DNA of 57,717 bases, the filler included, from Candidatus Desantisbacteria bacterium CG1_02_49_89 (lineage in GTDB: Bacteria; Desantisbacteria; UBA1551), in assembly GCA_001871075.1 (NCBI GenBank). It is 3 parts of 3 records of this genome, joined end to end, with 100 filler letters (N's around TTAATTAATTAA, not from the genome) between each part and the next. Parts side by side here need not be neighbours in the genome. Positions count along the whole stretch, not along the records: positions 1 to 18,883 come from MNUP01000150.1; 2 more parts are not named here. One strand, 5' to 3'. Position numbers and translations under genes: made by a program. Under the pieces are notes generated by a model. The model had not been told where the DNA came from. It did no database searches and was given only the letters and a program-made list of their open reading frames with translations. Shown piece after piece: positions 1-9,308 of the stretch (the first letter of the stretch is position 1; the number at the start of each line of letters is the position of its first letter).

Positions 1-20
1 TTCTTTTAGCGTTTTTTTTA

Positions 21-2567
21 TTGATAAGTTGCGCGTCAGCGCAGGTCTCGGATACGAATTCGTTTTTTTCAATCGCTGAGACTTCTGCGTTTGCTGATGG
101 GGTAGCCAGGTTTTCCGTTAATATTTATATAAGGGACGCGAATAATCAGCCCCTACAGGAAAAAGAAGTAACTATTATTACTTCAAGGGGTTCTGATTAT
201 GATTCAATTGTCCAGCCGGCAATTACAAATTTATCTGGTCAGTGCACCGGATACATAAGTTCGATAAACGGCGGATGGGATACGGTTGCGGTAGTCTGTG
301 ACCTGAAAACCATAGGAAGTCCTTTCCAGTGGATTCAGACAAATCAGGAGGATTTCAGTAAGGGAGAAACAGCAGTTGGTATTGACACAACGTCAATTCC
401 AGGTAGTTTAAAATTGATAGTGAGTCCAAAGGACGCATGCCAAGAAACTCTTTTTGGAGATGATAGTATAAGCCGTCAAGATGAATGGATGGCACAGAGC
501 TTTCAGGTTAATAAAAATTGCATATTGGATTATATCCAGTTAGATTTGAACAGAACAAATGCTGATGTTACTGGTACATTGGTTGCATCAGTCTGGGTTG
601 ACAGTGGCGGCAGTCTAGGTAATACAATTACTACATCAGACACAATCAATGTTTCAGATTTGGTGCCTTTTCAACTTAATCATGTAGACTGGTATTTTTT
701 GAATTTTCCTAATAAGGCTAATTTTTCAGTTAATACTATTTACTGGTTACAGTTAAAAGTTCTAGCTATTTCTGAAGGTATAGGAGGAATAGGTTTTGGT
801 TTCGTGAATAGTAATAATTATAATAATGGTAATATGAAGAGTTATACTATAGTATCTGGCGAACAAAATTTTCCAAATAATGATTATGTTTTCAGAATTT
901 TTATTAAAACATCATCAGCTGGAACCTTTGTATCCCAGTCTAGTTTATTCGAAACTGTTCCCATTGCGTGGGGAAAGCTGGAAACAACCCAGAGCTTAAA
1001 TAGCGAAACCGCAATTTATACAACATACGCATCAGACGACGGGATAAACTGGGACGCAGGCACGGATATTTCTCCAAGCAATGATATTCTTTCAGCAAGA
1101 AAAAGATACATAAAATGGCAGGCTGACCTGCAGACAGACAATACTGACGTAAGCCCAGTTATCGAAGAGGTTGTTGTTAATTATTTCGCCCCTGCAAATA
1201 TTTATTTCGTTCCGGCGTTCAAGCTTATAAACCTATCGGCAAACCCCAGAAATTTCAGTCCAAATGCTGATGGAGCAAAAGATACAATAGCGATTAGCTA
1301 CAAATTGATAGATAGCAATCCACAGGATACAATAAGTGTAAGGATATATAATCTTGCACATAACCTAAAAAGAACACTGATAAACCATATTCTGCAGGAT
1401 ACGGGCACTCATTCTGTTGAATGGAATGGTAGAGACGATATAAATGACATTGTCACGGACGGAACCTATTCTTACGAAATTACTGCTGAAGATTCGATTG
1501 GTAACTCTGTGACTGAATCAGGAACCGTGGTTGTGGATACAGTAAAACCAATGCCGGCGATCGCGGGCGTAGCCCTGGGAAAGCTGCAGGTAGGGTTGAA
1601 GTACGCGTTTGACGAGGCGATCGATACCTGGCAGGTGTTCCGCAGTATAGGGGATACAGCCGGTTTCACGCTTGCGGGAAGCGGAACAAACGAGCCCGAA
1701 TGGCTTGACACAGGGCCTCTCGGGAACGACCAGAAATATTTCTACTTTTTGATTGCCACTGACCTCGCGGGAAACACGAAAGTTACGAATACGGCGCGCG
1801 CTATACTCACCCTTGAGGGCGGTATTTTAAGCAACATGGGCATATACGCGCTTCCGAATTCAGCCGTCAAATGCAAAGATATCGCGAACGCGTATATTGT
1901 GGTCCTTGAAACCCAGACATTCGGCAACACGGCTGACCTTATTAAGATCGAAATGGCAAGAAAAGAGAAACTAACACTGGAAGCTGAAGGCAAGCTGATG
2001 CCGGTTGACAAAAAGCTTGTGGGCGCCTACGAGATAAATGCTTTTGAGGTGGATGGCGGGTACAATAAAATAAGCGCGATAAAGAACTGGCAGGCCGGCA
2101 AACCAATAAAACTGGTTTTATGTTACGACTCCTGCCCGGCAGGTAAAGAAGGCACGCTTTCCATTTATGAGTGGAGCGGGAAACAGTGGGTGGGCCTTGG
2201 CGGGGATGTGGCGCAGTCAACCCAGACGATCTCCCTTGACGTGAACCATTTCTCGACCTACGCGGTTATGTACCAGAGCTTAAGTGCTTTTGTGGGGGCA
2301 AAACCCAACCCGTTCTCGCCCAACGGGGACGGCATCAATGACCGGGTTGAGATAAGGTTTGATAATCCCGGCACCGAGGAAGTGGAATTTTTTGTTTTTG
2401 ACCTGACAGGGACGACCGTTAGAACGGATGTTTATCCCGCGGGAACCGCGTCTATTTTCTGGGACGGCAGGGATGAGGGCGGGAGGGTCGTGGAAGGCGG
2501 GGCGTATATCTGGCAGGTGGAGATGGGGACAAGGGCGGTGAACGGGGTTGTTGTTGTGGCGAAATAG
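21..2567 (+). CDS. Large secreted/surface protein with Ig-like (invasin-type) N-terminus, FlgD Ig-like domain and a C-terminal PNPFSPNGDG (CHU_C/T9SS-B-like) sorting-type domain; true start may lie upstream of the window
   Basis: 848-aa ORF; ADG...I.IRDANN.P Ig-like motif; NPRNFSPNADG..D and PNPFSPNGDGIND...WDGRD.GG..V.GG.Y motifs typical of FlgD-Ig/CHU_C domains. Confidence 0.75.
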   Translation: MISCASAQVSDTNSFFSIAETSAFADGVARFSVNIYIRDANNQPLQEKEVTIITSRGSDYDSIVQPAITNLSGQCTGYISSINGGWDTVAVVCDLKTIGSPFQWIQTNQEDFSKGETAVGIDTTSIPGSLKLIVSPKDACQETLFGDDSISRQDEWMAQSFQVNKNCILDYIQLDLNRTNADVTGTLVASVWVDSGGSLGNTITTSDTINVSDLVPFQLNHVDWYFLNFPNKANFSVNTIYWLQLKVLAISEGIGGIGFGFVNSNNYNNGNMKSYTIVSGEQNFPNNDYVFRIFIKTSSAGTFVSQSSLFETVPIAWGKLETTQSLNSETAIYTTYASDDGINWDAGTDISPSNDILSARKRYIKWQADLQTDNTDVSPVIEEVVVNYFAPANIYFVPAFKLINLSANPRNFSPNADGAKDTIAISYKLIDSNPQDTISVRIYNLAHNLKRTLINHILQDTGTHSVEWNGRDDINDIVTDGTYSYEITAEDSIGNSVTESGTVVVDTVKPMPAIAGVALGKLQVGLKYAFDEAIDTWQVFRSIGDTAGFTLAGSGTNEPEWLDTGPLGNDQKYFYFLIATDLAGNTKVTNTARAILTLEGGILSNMGIYALPNSAVKCKDIANAYIVVLETQTFGNTADLIKIEMARKEKLTLEAEGKLMPVDKKLVGAYEINAFEVDGGYNKISAIKNWQAGKPIKLVLCYDSCPAGKEGTLSIYEWSGKQWVGLGGDVAQSTQTISLDVNHFSTYAVMYQSLSAFVGAKPNPFSPNGDGINDRVEIRFDNPGTEEVEFFVFDLTGTTVRTDVYPAGTASIFWDGRDEGGRVVEGGAYIWQVEMGTRAVNGVVVVAK
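2497..2566 (+). repeat. 70-bp direct repeat, copy 1 (3' end of the secreted-protein gene)
   Basis: GCGGGGCGTATATCTGG...GTGGCGAAATA matches 5817-5886 with one mismatch. Confidence 0.95.
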
Positions 2568-2597
2568 CAGCACAGGGGCAAGTGACCAGATGCAAGA

Positions 2598-2623
2598 TGT
2601 CCCAAAGGGATCCCTTTGGGACA
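2598..2623. repeat. Perfect 26-bp palindrome TGTCCCAAAGGGATCCCTTTGGGACA
   Basis: Read directly; related palindrome TGCCCCGAAGGGACTCCTTCGGGGCA at ~30585-30610. Confidence 0.85.
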
Positions 2624-2671
2624 AGCGAAAGAATTGGAAGAGAGCTCTAATCTTATTTCAGGAGGGAGAGC

Positions 2672-2992
2672 ATGGAAAAGAATGATGATCTGAAAGTACA
2701 ATCGCTGGCTCAAAAAATTAAAGAGAAATTTAACCCGCAAAAAGTAATCCTTTTTGGCTCACATGCAAACGGTGCACCTGCAAAGGGAAGCGATATAGAC
2801 CTTCTAATTATTATGAACACAAATCTTAAGCCCTACAAGCAAGCTTCTTTGATCCGCATGTTTCTAGATGATATATTCGGAGTGAACTATCCTATTGACA
2901 TTATTGTAAGAACTCCTGAATCAATAGAAAAAAGGCTTAAAGAAGGAGACTTTTTCATCAAGAATATCCTGGAAGAGGGAGTGCCTCTGTGA
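2672..2992 (+). CDS. Minimal nucleotidyltransferase (MNT) antitoxin
   Basis: LFGSHA.G.....SDIDLLII motif; 106 aa; overlaps the downstream HEPN start. Confidence 0.9.
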   Translation: MEKNDDLKVQSLAQKIKEKFNPQKVILFGSHANGAPAKGSDIDLLIIMNTNLKPYKQASLIRMFLDDIFGVNYPIDIIVRTPESIEKRLKEGDFFIKNILEEGVPL

Positions 2993-3378
2993 AGGATTTA
3001 ACAAAGGAGTGGGTAAATAAAGCTGAAAAAGATTTTCAGGTGGCTAAGAGAGAGTTTGCTGCAAAGCCACCAGAATACGATGCAGTTTGCTTTCATTCTC
3101 AGCAATGTGTTGAAAAATATATGAAAGCAGTTCTTCAGGAAAACAATATCTTTTTTGAGAAAACCCATGACCTTGATGTTCTGTTGGAAAAATGCAAAGC
3201 ATTTATTCCTGGATTAGCAGGTTTAAAGCAAGAATTGGTAGAACTTTCTTCATTTGCTGTAGAAATCCGCTATCCGGGGGCAGAAGCAACAGGGGAGGAA
3301 GCAGAAAAATACTTATCAGTTGCTGAAGCCGTAAGAAAAATTATTCGCACCTATTTAAAACTTACAACTGATCGTTAA
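2989..3378 (+). CDS. HEPN domain protein (MNT-HEPN pair)
   Basis: W..KAE.D..A; CFHSQQCVEKY.KA; KTHDL; RYPG motifs; paired with MNT. Confidence 0.9.
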   Translation: MKDLTKEWVNKAEKDFQVAKREFAAKPPEYDAVCFHSQQCVEKYMKAVLQENNIFFEKTHDLDVLLEKCKAFIPGLAGLKQELVELSSFAVEIRYPGAEATGEEAEKYLSVAEAVRKIIRTYLKLTTDR

Positions 3379-3389
3379 AACCATTTTAG

Positions 3390-3993
3390 CAAAATTATGA
3401 TTTAACCCCCCGCGGCTTGCCGCGGGGATACAAATCATCATTACCTGAAGGGGAGAAGAGGGGAAACAGGGTGTTTCCCCTCATCCTTAAAGGGTTGCCG
3501 AGGTGTAAGTGGGAATGAGGCAAGGAGCCCACACGCAATGGGAATGCAGGTATCACGTGGTGTGGTGCCCAAAATACAGGAAAGATATCTTTATAAATGA
3601 AGGATTGCGAAGCTATACTTGGGAACTTTTCAAGAGGATAGCCAGAGAATATGACATCAACATCGAAGCCATGGATATTGCGGAGGATCACGTTCATATG
3701 CTGATAGAGATACCGCCAAAACTGTCTGTGGCAGACGTTGCGAGAACATTCAAGAGTATCAGCGCAAGGGAAATCTTTGAAAAGTTCCCAAGCCTGAAGA
3801 GCAGATTGTGGGCCGGGGAATTGTGGAAAGACGGCTATTTCTTGAAAAGTGTGGGTTCCGAGGTAACAAGAGAAATGGTGAAAAAATATATAGATAGCCA
3901 TTGGGAACGGGAAGGCAACCCTGCGCAGCTTCGGCTCGATTTCAAGCCGAAGCGAGCATAAGACTCCCCGCGGCTTGCCGCGGGGTAATTCAA
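3390..3993 (+). mobile_element. IS200/IS605-family element carrying tnpA only (604 bp)
   Basis: Identical subterminal hairpins CCCCGCGGC-TT-GCCGCGGGG at both ends; left flank TTTAG; right end TTCAA; no TIR or TSD; the copy at 56458-56503 gives the same boundaries. Confidence 0.9.
3509..3961 (+). CDS. tnpA: IS200/IS605 Y1 (HUH) transposase
   Basis: YHVVWCPKYRK, DHVH (HUH), LW..GYF, KYI catalytic Tyr; start could be ATG 3515. Confidence 0.95.
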   Translation: MGMRQGAHTQWECRYHVVWCPKYRKDIFINEGLRSYTWELFKRIAREYDINIEAMDIAEDHVHMLIEIPPKLSVADVARTFKSISAREIFEKFPSLKSRLWAGELWKDGYFLKSVGSEVTREMVKKYIDSHWEREGNPAQLRLDFKPKRA

Positions 3994-4135
3994 AATTGCT
4001 TCATCGCCAGTGCGAATTCGTAAAGATAGTGAATGGCGTGGTGGCGGTGGCAAAGCAAGAACCCGAGCCTTCGGCTTAAAACCTTGTTTTTCGTAGGTGA
4101 AATCGTAGGTCCAGCAAAATAGAATAACAACGAAT

Positions 4136-5668
4136 ATGAAGAATAGTAGTAAAACAGACCGAAAATTCATGAAGATTGCCATAGAAGAAATGCTCCTATC
4201 GCGATCAGAACATGCCCAAAAACCGGATCCGATGGTTGGGACTGTATTGGTCGACAAAAGCGGAAAGGAATTAGGTAGAGCTCATCGTAGTATATTCACA
4301 CCAGGAGATCATGGAGAATTTTCAATTCTTGAAAAAGTAAGACCTGATATAGATCCTTCTGGTTGTACATTATACGTAACTTTAGAGCCATGTACTGAAA
4401 GAGAGAATCCAAAGAAAATACCTTGTGCTCAAAGAATAGTTGAGAAAAAAATTGACCGCGTAGTAATTGGTATTTTAGATCCTAATCCTAAAATTTGTGG
4501 TTTTGGTAAATCATATTTGGAGAACTATGGTATAAAAGTTAATTTTTTTGACAAAGATCTTGTAGAAGAAATTAGGATCTGGAATAAAGACTTTATAGAT
4601 TTTATGCAAAATAATAAACAAAAGTTGGAGGGTAGTATGAGCAAATTAGAAGATATAGAACTACCTTCTCAAGAAGAACAGAAACCATATAGCGATGCTA
4701 CTATTAAAGATTTCTCAAACGAAACAATTAAAAAGTATATGAAATATCGGTCAGATATTTCATATACTGTTCCCTCTAAGGAATTATGGACTTTTTTCAG
4801 AAAAAATAGATATCTTGTTAAAGGGGATAAAGGAGACGTACCCACTTTGGCTGGAATTGTACTATTCGGAAAAGATCCGAGTATTTTTATTCCAGAACAT
4901 AGAATTTTAGCTGAGTGTTTTGGTGGAACCCCAGAAAATGGAGCATCAACCGACAAAACCATCGGGAATGGTAAGAAAAATATTACCGGTCCATTATTTG
5001 AGATGACAAAAACCGCTGAAGATTTTTATAAAACGCATATACGAAAGGTACCTTTAATCAAAGGCTTTCAGAGAGTAGATGAAGAGCTTGAATATCCTAA
5101 GGAAGTAATCCGAGAGGCTATCGTGAATGCCTTAGTTCATCGGGATTATAGACTGGGTGGTCATATTTCATTCCAAATATTCAGAGATAGAATTGTAATA
5201 AAGAATCCCGGAAGTATTCTTCGCCCTAATACCATAGAGCGCATGAACTCTTTTGATGTGACTCCTGCTAGACGAAATCCAATAATAGCCGAAGCCGCTG
5301 AGAAAATGATGTTAATGGAGAAAAAGGGAAGAGGTATTCCCGATATGTCTGATCAATTGCAAAAATACGGACTCCGTCCACCGAATTTTGCCTATGATGG
5401 ATATTTAATTGTAACTTTATATGGGAGGGAGAAAACACCCCCTGAATACAGGATTCAGAAAGAGTTCCGTTCTTCACTTACAGATAGACAGTTAAAAATT
5501 CTTAATTTCATCTGGGAACAGGGAAGAGTTAATAGTGAGGAAACAACAAAGAAATTTGATATTACCAGAGAGACTGCAAACCAAGACTTCAGGAAATTGT
5601 TGAAACTTGGTCTAATAGAGAAAAAAGGCACCGGAAGAGCCACTTACTATATCTTGGGTAATATTTAA
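4136..5668 (+). CDS. Fusion of a Zn-dependent (RibD/CMP-type) deaminase, an HATPase_c_4-like ATP-binding domain and a C-terminal winged HTH
   Basis: HGE...TLEPC........PC and DPNP deaminase motifs; REAIVNALVHRDY, NPG, RNP.IA, G.GI motifs; C-terminal LT.RQ..IL...wHTH...G.GR.T.Y. Confidence 0.85.
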   Translation: MKNSSKTDRKFMKIAIEEMLLSRSEHAQKPDPMVGTVLVDKSGKELGRAHRSIFTPGDHGEFSILEKVRPDIDPSGCTLYVTLEPCTERENPKKIPCAQRIVEKKIDRVVIGILDPNPKICGFGKSYLENYGIKVNFFDKDLVEEIRIWNKDFIDFMQNNKQKLEGSMSKLEDIELPSQEEQKPYSDATIKDFSNETIKKYMKYRSDISYTVPSKELWTFFRKNRYLVKGDKGDVPTLAGIVLFGKDPSIFIPEHRILAECFGGTPENGASTDKTIGNGKKNITGPLFEMTKTAEDFYKTHIRKVPLIKGFQRVDEELEYPKEVIREAIVNALVHRDYRLGGHISFQIFRDRIVIKNPGSILRPNTIERMNSFDVTPARRNPIIAEAAEKMMLMEKKGRGIPDMSDQLQKYGLRPPNFAYDGYLIVTLYGREKTPPEYRIQKEFRSSLTDRQLKILNFIWEQGRVNSEETTKKFDITRETANQDFRKLLKLGLIEKKGTGRATYYILGNI

Positions 5669-5816
5669 AGGAACTATCTGCATAGTCATTGCGTCAGGTT
5701 TTCGTCAGGTTTTCGTCAGGTTTCAATAATGGATTTTTACGTCAGATTTACGTCAGGTTAACAATGACTGGTATCCCCGTATTACTTTACTTAATAGGAT
5801 ATAAAAGCATATCTGA

Positions 5817-5886
5817 GCGGGGCGTATATCTGGCAGGTGGAGATGGGGACAAGGGCAGTGAACGGGGTTGTTGTTGTGGCGAAATA
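5817..5886 (+). repeat. 70-bp direct repeat, copy 2 (orphan copy of the secreted-protein 3' end, followed by TAA)
   Basis: Matches 2497-2566 except G>A at 5857. Confidence 0.95.
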
Positions 5887-5896
5887 AAACTCGTTC

Positions 5897-5925
5897 GTCC
5901 CGCCCAGCAAGATTGGCGGGCAAGC
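5897..5925. repeat. 29-bp REP-like hairpin GTCCCGCCCAGCAAGATTGGCGGGCAAGC
   Basis: Identical copies at 8688-8716 (inside a CDS) and 48525-48553. Confidence 0.9.
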
Positions 5926-6085
5926 TGTGCATCGCCTGCCCTCGCGTTTTGCTTTCGAAGAAAGCAGCAGAGGGTAACATCGTGACATCGTAAAAAATCA
6001 TTTTGACACTGATTTTCACTGATTTATCCGTGAAAATCCGTGCTAATCCGTGGTTAAAAGTAGTTCTTTTCGTGGTAAAAGATAA

Positions 6086-8296
6086 ATGTCTGACAAACCG
6101 TTATACGTCGCTTTTATTTGGCATATGCACCAGCCGCTTTACAAGAACGGCGTGGCAGGAAAATATCTTCTTCCCTGGGTAAGGATGCACGGGATAAAGG
6201 ATTATTTTGATATGGCAGCGATCCTTGAGGATTACCCGAACGTCCGCCAGACATTCAACCTTACGCCGGTGCTGATGATGCAGATCGAGGACTACGTTAA
6301 GAACAAGGCAACTGACGCGTTCCTTGACATAACGATGAAAAAAGCGGAAGGGCTGGCGAAAGAGGACAAGGAGTTCATACTCTACAACTTCTTCATGGCG
6401 AACTGGGACAACATGCTTGGCAAATGCCCCAGATACCTTGAGCTGCTTGACAAAAGGGGCAGGCAGACCACGCGGGAGCAGGTGGCAAAGATCACAGGCA
6501 ATTTTTCAACGCGGGATTATCTTGACCTGCAGGTTCTTTTCAACTTAGTGTGGTTTGACCCGATGTTCCTTGAAAAAGAGCCGTTGCAGCAGCTTATCCA
6601 AAAGGGCAGGGATTTTACGGAGGAAGACAAGGCCGCAGTCATAAAAAGGCAGGTAGAAGTGCTTGCGATGATAATGCCTGAATACAGGAAACTTCAGGAC
6701 GCCGGGCAGATAGAGGTTACGACAAGCCCTTTTTACCACCCCATACTGCCGCTTGTGTATAATACGGACATAGCCAGGATCCCGTCTTCCAATATCCTCC
6801 TGCCCAGGAAAAGGTATTCCGCCCCTGCGGATGCGCAGAAGCAGATCGAGAAAGCCGTAGAGTTCTACAAGGAGCGGTTCGGCAGGCAGCCGCAGGGAAT
6901 GTGGCCCTCTGAGGGAAGCGTGAGCGGGGACGTTCTGCCGCTGATGGAAGGCGCGGGAATAAAATGGACGGCGACAGACGAGGGAATACTTGAAAACTCT
7001 TTGAAAAAAACAATCTCGAAGGATACCCGCGGCAACGTGCTTAACCCGGACCTGCTCTATAAGCCATACAGGTTCCAGTGGAACGGCCGCCATATAGACA
7101 TGATCTTCAGGGACCACACGCTTTCTGACCTGATCGGTTTCAGCTATTCGAAGTGGAAGACGGAAGAGGCTGTCAGCGATTTCATCAGAAGGCTGGAGAC
7201 CATAAACGAAAAAACTTTAAAAATACCGGGCGATTTTCTCGTGCCGATAATACTTGACGGGGAAAATGCCTGGGAGCACTATCCCAATGACGGCAGGGAT
7301 TTCCTGAAAGGGATCTACGCGAAGCTCAATTCTCACCCGTCCATCAAGTGCGTTACGGTCTCGGAGTTCCTGGGCGCGAGGAAGTTCGTGGACACGCTTC
7401 CGGCGCTTTCCCCGGGTTCGTGGATAAACAGGAATTTTGACATTTGGATAGGGGACGAGGAAGAGAACACGGCCTGGGATCTTCTCGGCAGCGCCAGGGA
7501 ATTCCTCGTAAGTTACGAGGCGGAGGTTGACGGCGGATCATCCGGGCAGGAGAAAACCGCGCAGCTTGCGGGGGCATGGGAGGAGATATACGCGGCTGAG
7601 GGAAGCGACTGGAACTGGTGGTACGGGGACCAGCACACAAGCGGTTTTGACGAGGCGTTCGATTTCCTTTACAGGCAGCACCTTTCAAATGTTTACAAGG
7701 CAGCCGGGGCTGAGCCTCCGGCGTACCTCAACGAATCCATAATTCTCCCGGCAAAAGAGAGCATGCCCGAAACAGAACCGGTGGACCTGCTTCGGCCGAC
7801 CCTTGACGGAGTTGTTACGGATTATTACGAGTGGATCCCCAGCGGCTGCTACGAAATAAGAAAGACCGGCGGGACCATGCACCAGGCAGAGAGCATAGTA
7901 AGGGCGATCTACTACGGTTTTGACATGGAAAATATATACCTCAGGCTTGACATGCACCTTCGGGATGCGGATGCAGGTAAACGCGAAGACGTCCCGGCGC
8001 TTTCTTTCATCCTAAATTTTATTTCTCCTAAGATGGTCCAGCTGAAGTTTTCAACGGAAGACAAGGACCTTCTGATCGCGGACCAAGGCGAAAGAAGGCT
8101 TGGGGCGATAGCGGCAAAGAAGATCATAGAGATCAAAATGCCGTTCGCGGACCTGGGCTTCAAAATGAAGGACGAGGTCAAATTTTCCGTGTCGGTAATG
8201 AGGAACGGGGCTGAAATGGAGCACTGGCCCAGCCGCGCACCCATAACGTTCACGCTGCCGTCCCCGGACTATAAATTAGAGCACTGGTCCGTTTGA
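6086..8296 (+). CDS. Glycoside hydrolase family 57 (amylopullulanase-like)
   Basis: WHMHQP, HPILPL, GMWPSEG, LDGENAWE, AEGSDW.WW motifs. Confidence 0.93.
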   Translation: MSDKPLYVAFIWHMHQPLYKNGVAGKYLLPWVRMHGIKDYFDMAAILEDYPNVRQTFNLTPVLMMQIEDYVKNKATDAFLDITMKKAEGLAKEDKEFILYNFFMANWDNMLGKCPRYLELLDKRGRQTTREQVAKITGNFSTRDYLDLQVLFNLVWFDPMFLEKEPLQQLIQKGRDFTEEDKAAVIKRQVEVLAMIMPEYRKLQDAGQIEVTTSPFYHPILPLVYNTDIARIPSSNILLPRKRYSAPADAQKQIEKAVEFYKERFGRQPQGMWPSEGSVSGDVLPLMEGAGIKWTATDEGILENSLKKTISKDTRGNVLNPDLLYKPYRFQWNGRHIDMIFRDHTLSDLIGFSYSKWKTEEAVSDFIRRLETINEKTLKIPGDFLVPIILDGENAWEHYPNDGRDFLKGIYAKLNSHPSIKCVTVSEFLGARKFVDTLPALSPGSWINRNFDIWIGDEEENTAWDLLGSAREFLVSYEAEVDGGSSGQEKTAQLAGAWEEIYAAEGSDWNWWYGDQHTSGFDEAFDFLYRQHLSNVYKAAGAEPPAYLNESIILPAKESMPETEPVDLLRPTLDGVVTDYYEWIPSGCYEIRKTGGTMHQAESIVRAIYYGFDMENIYLRLDMHLRDADAGKREDVPALSFILNFISPKMVQLKFSTEDKDLLIADQGERRLGAIAAKKIIEIKMPFADLGFKMKDEVKFSVSVMRNGAEMEHWPSRAPITFTLPSPDYKLEHWSV

Positions 8297-8561
8297 ATAC
8301 AGTGTCATAGCATCAGAATTTCGTAGGGCAAGCCTTTTCGAAGACCCGCCAATTATTTAGGAGGGAGGCTTGCGATAAGTTGATAAGTGGATAAGTAGAT
8401 AAGGATAGCCGCAACCTTCAGGTTGCGTATCATTGCGACCCGCTAATATTCATGGCGGGGAAGCAATCCGGTTTTTAATGCATGACGATGCATCCGCCCA
8501 TTTAAAAATGGGCGAGACCTCGCCCCGATGGTTATCGGGGCGGGCGATGAACGAGGGAACA

Positions 8562-9164
8562 ATGATTATAAAGACCGTAACCGTGGGCGAGCTGGCTACG
8601 AACTGCTACATAGCAGGCGACGAAAAAGGCGTTGTGATCATCGACCCCGGCGCCGACTCCCCGCAAATCCTTAAAACAGTGTCCAGTGTCCCGCCCAGCA
8701 AGATTGGCGGGCAAGCCCAGTGGCCAGTGGCCAGCGTAATACTGACGCACGCGCACCCCGACCACATAGGCGCTGTGGATGAGGTCGCGGGAAAGCTGAA
8801 ATGCCCGATATACATGCACGGCTTGGACTCTGACTGGCTGAAAGGGATCTTCGGCAGCAAATTCCCCGGCCTGCACGTGGTTGAGGAGGGCGGGATCATA
8901 AAAGCGGGCGGGGTGCCGTTTACGATCCTGCATACCCCGGGGCACAGTGAGGGAAGCATATGCCTCTATAACGAAAAAGAAAAGGTACTTTTCAGCGGGG
9001 ACACGCTTTTCGCGGATGGCACAGGCAGGACAGACCTTCCCGGAGGGGATGAAGAGAAAATGACGGCGTCCCTTAAAAGGCTTCTCGCTCTGCCGGCGGC
9101 AGTAACGGTTTATCCGGGCCACGGGGAAGCGGCGCTGATAAGTGAGATACGGGGAATGCTTTAA
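8562..9164 (+). CDS. MBL-fold metallo-hydrolase (glyoxalase II-like) with an in-frame repeat insertion
   Basis: THAHPDH, HTPGH, FSGDTLF, PGHG motifs; ATG 8562 follows a GAGGG RBS. Confidence 0.9.
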   Translation: MIIKTVTVGELATNCYIAGDEKGVVIIDPGADSPQILKTVSSVPPSKIGGQAQWPVASVILTHAHPDHIGAVDEVAGKLKCPIYMHGLDSDWLKGIFGSKFPGLHVVEEGGIIKAGGVPFTILHTPGHSEGSICLYNEKEKVLFSGDTLFADGTGRTDLPGGDEEKMTASLKRLLALPAAVTVYPGHGEAALISEIRGML

Positions 9165-9308
9165 AGATCAAGTTAAATTGCAAATTTATGGATCATTTAT
9201 AAGATAAAAATCCTTCATTTTTAATTTTCCCAAAAGGGACCCCTGCATCCAGGTTTAATTAAAAACCTGCATGGGGTGCATTTTTAATTTTTAATTGTAA
9301 TTAAACCC

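Noticed and set aside
4136-4600. ribD riboflavin biosynthesis gene
   Set aside because: No reductase domain or rib operon; fused to ATPase and HTH domains in an AT-rich islet
2497-5887. Diversity-generating retroelement VR/TR pair (the internal mismatch and the stop-codon difference are both A in the downstream copy)
   Set aside because: Only two such differences, both silent; the AAC codon is unchanged; no reverse transcriptase or Avd in the window
8433-8561. N-terminal extensions in the ORF track (also 10405, 33847, 39124, 48591, 53072)
   Set aside because: They run through repeat DNA or overlap neighbouring genes; downstream ATGs, mostly with a clear RBS, match the family N-termini better
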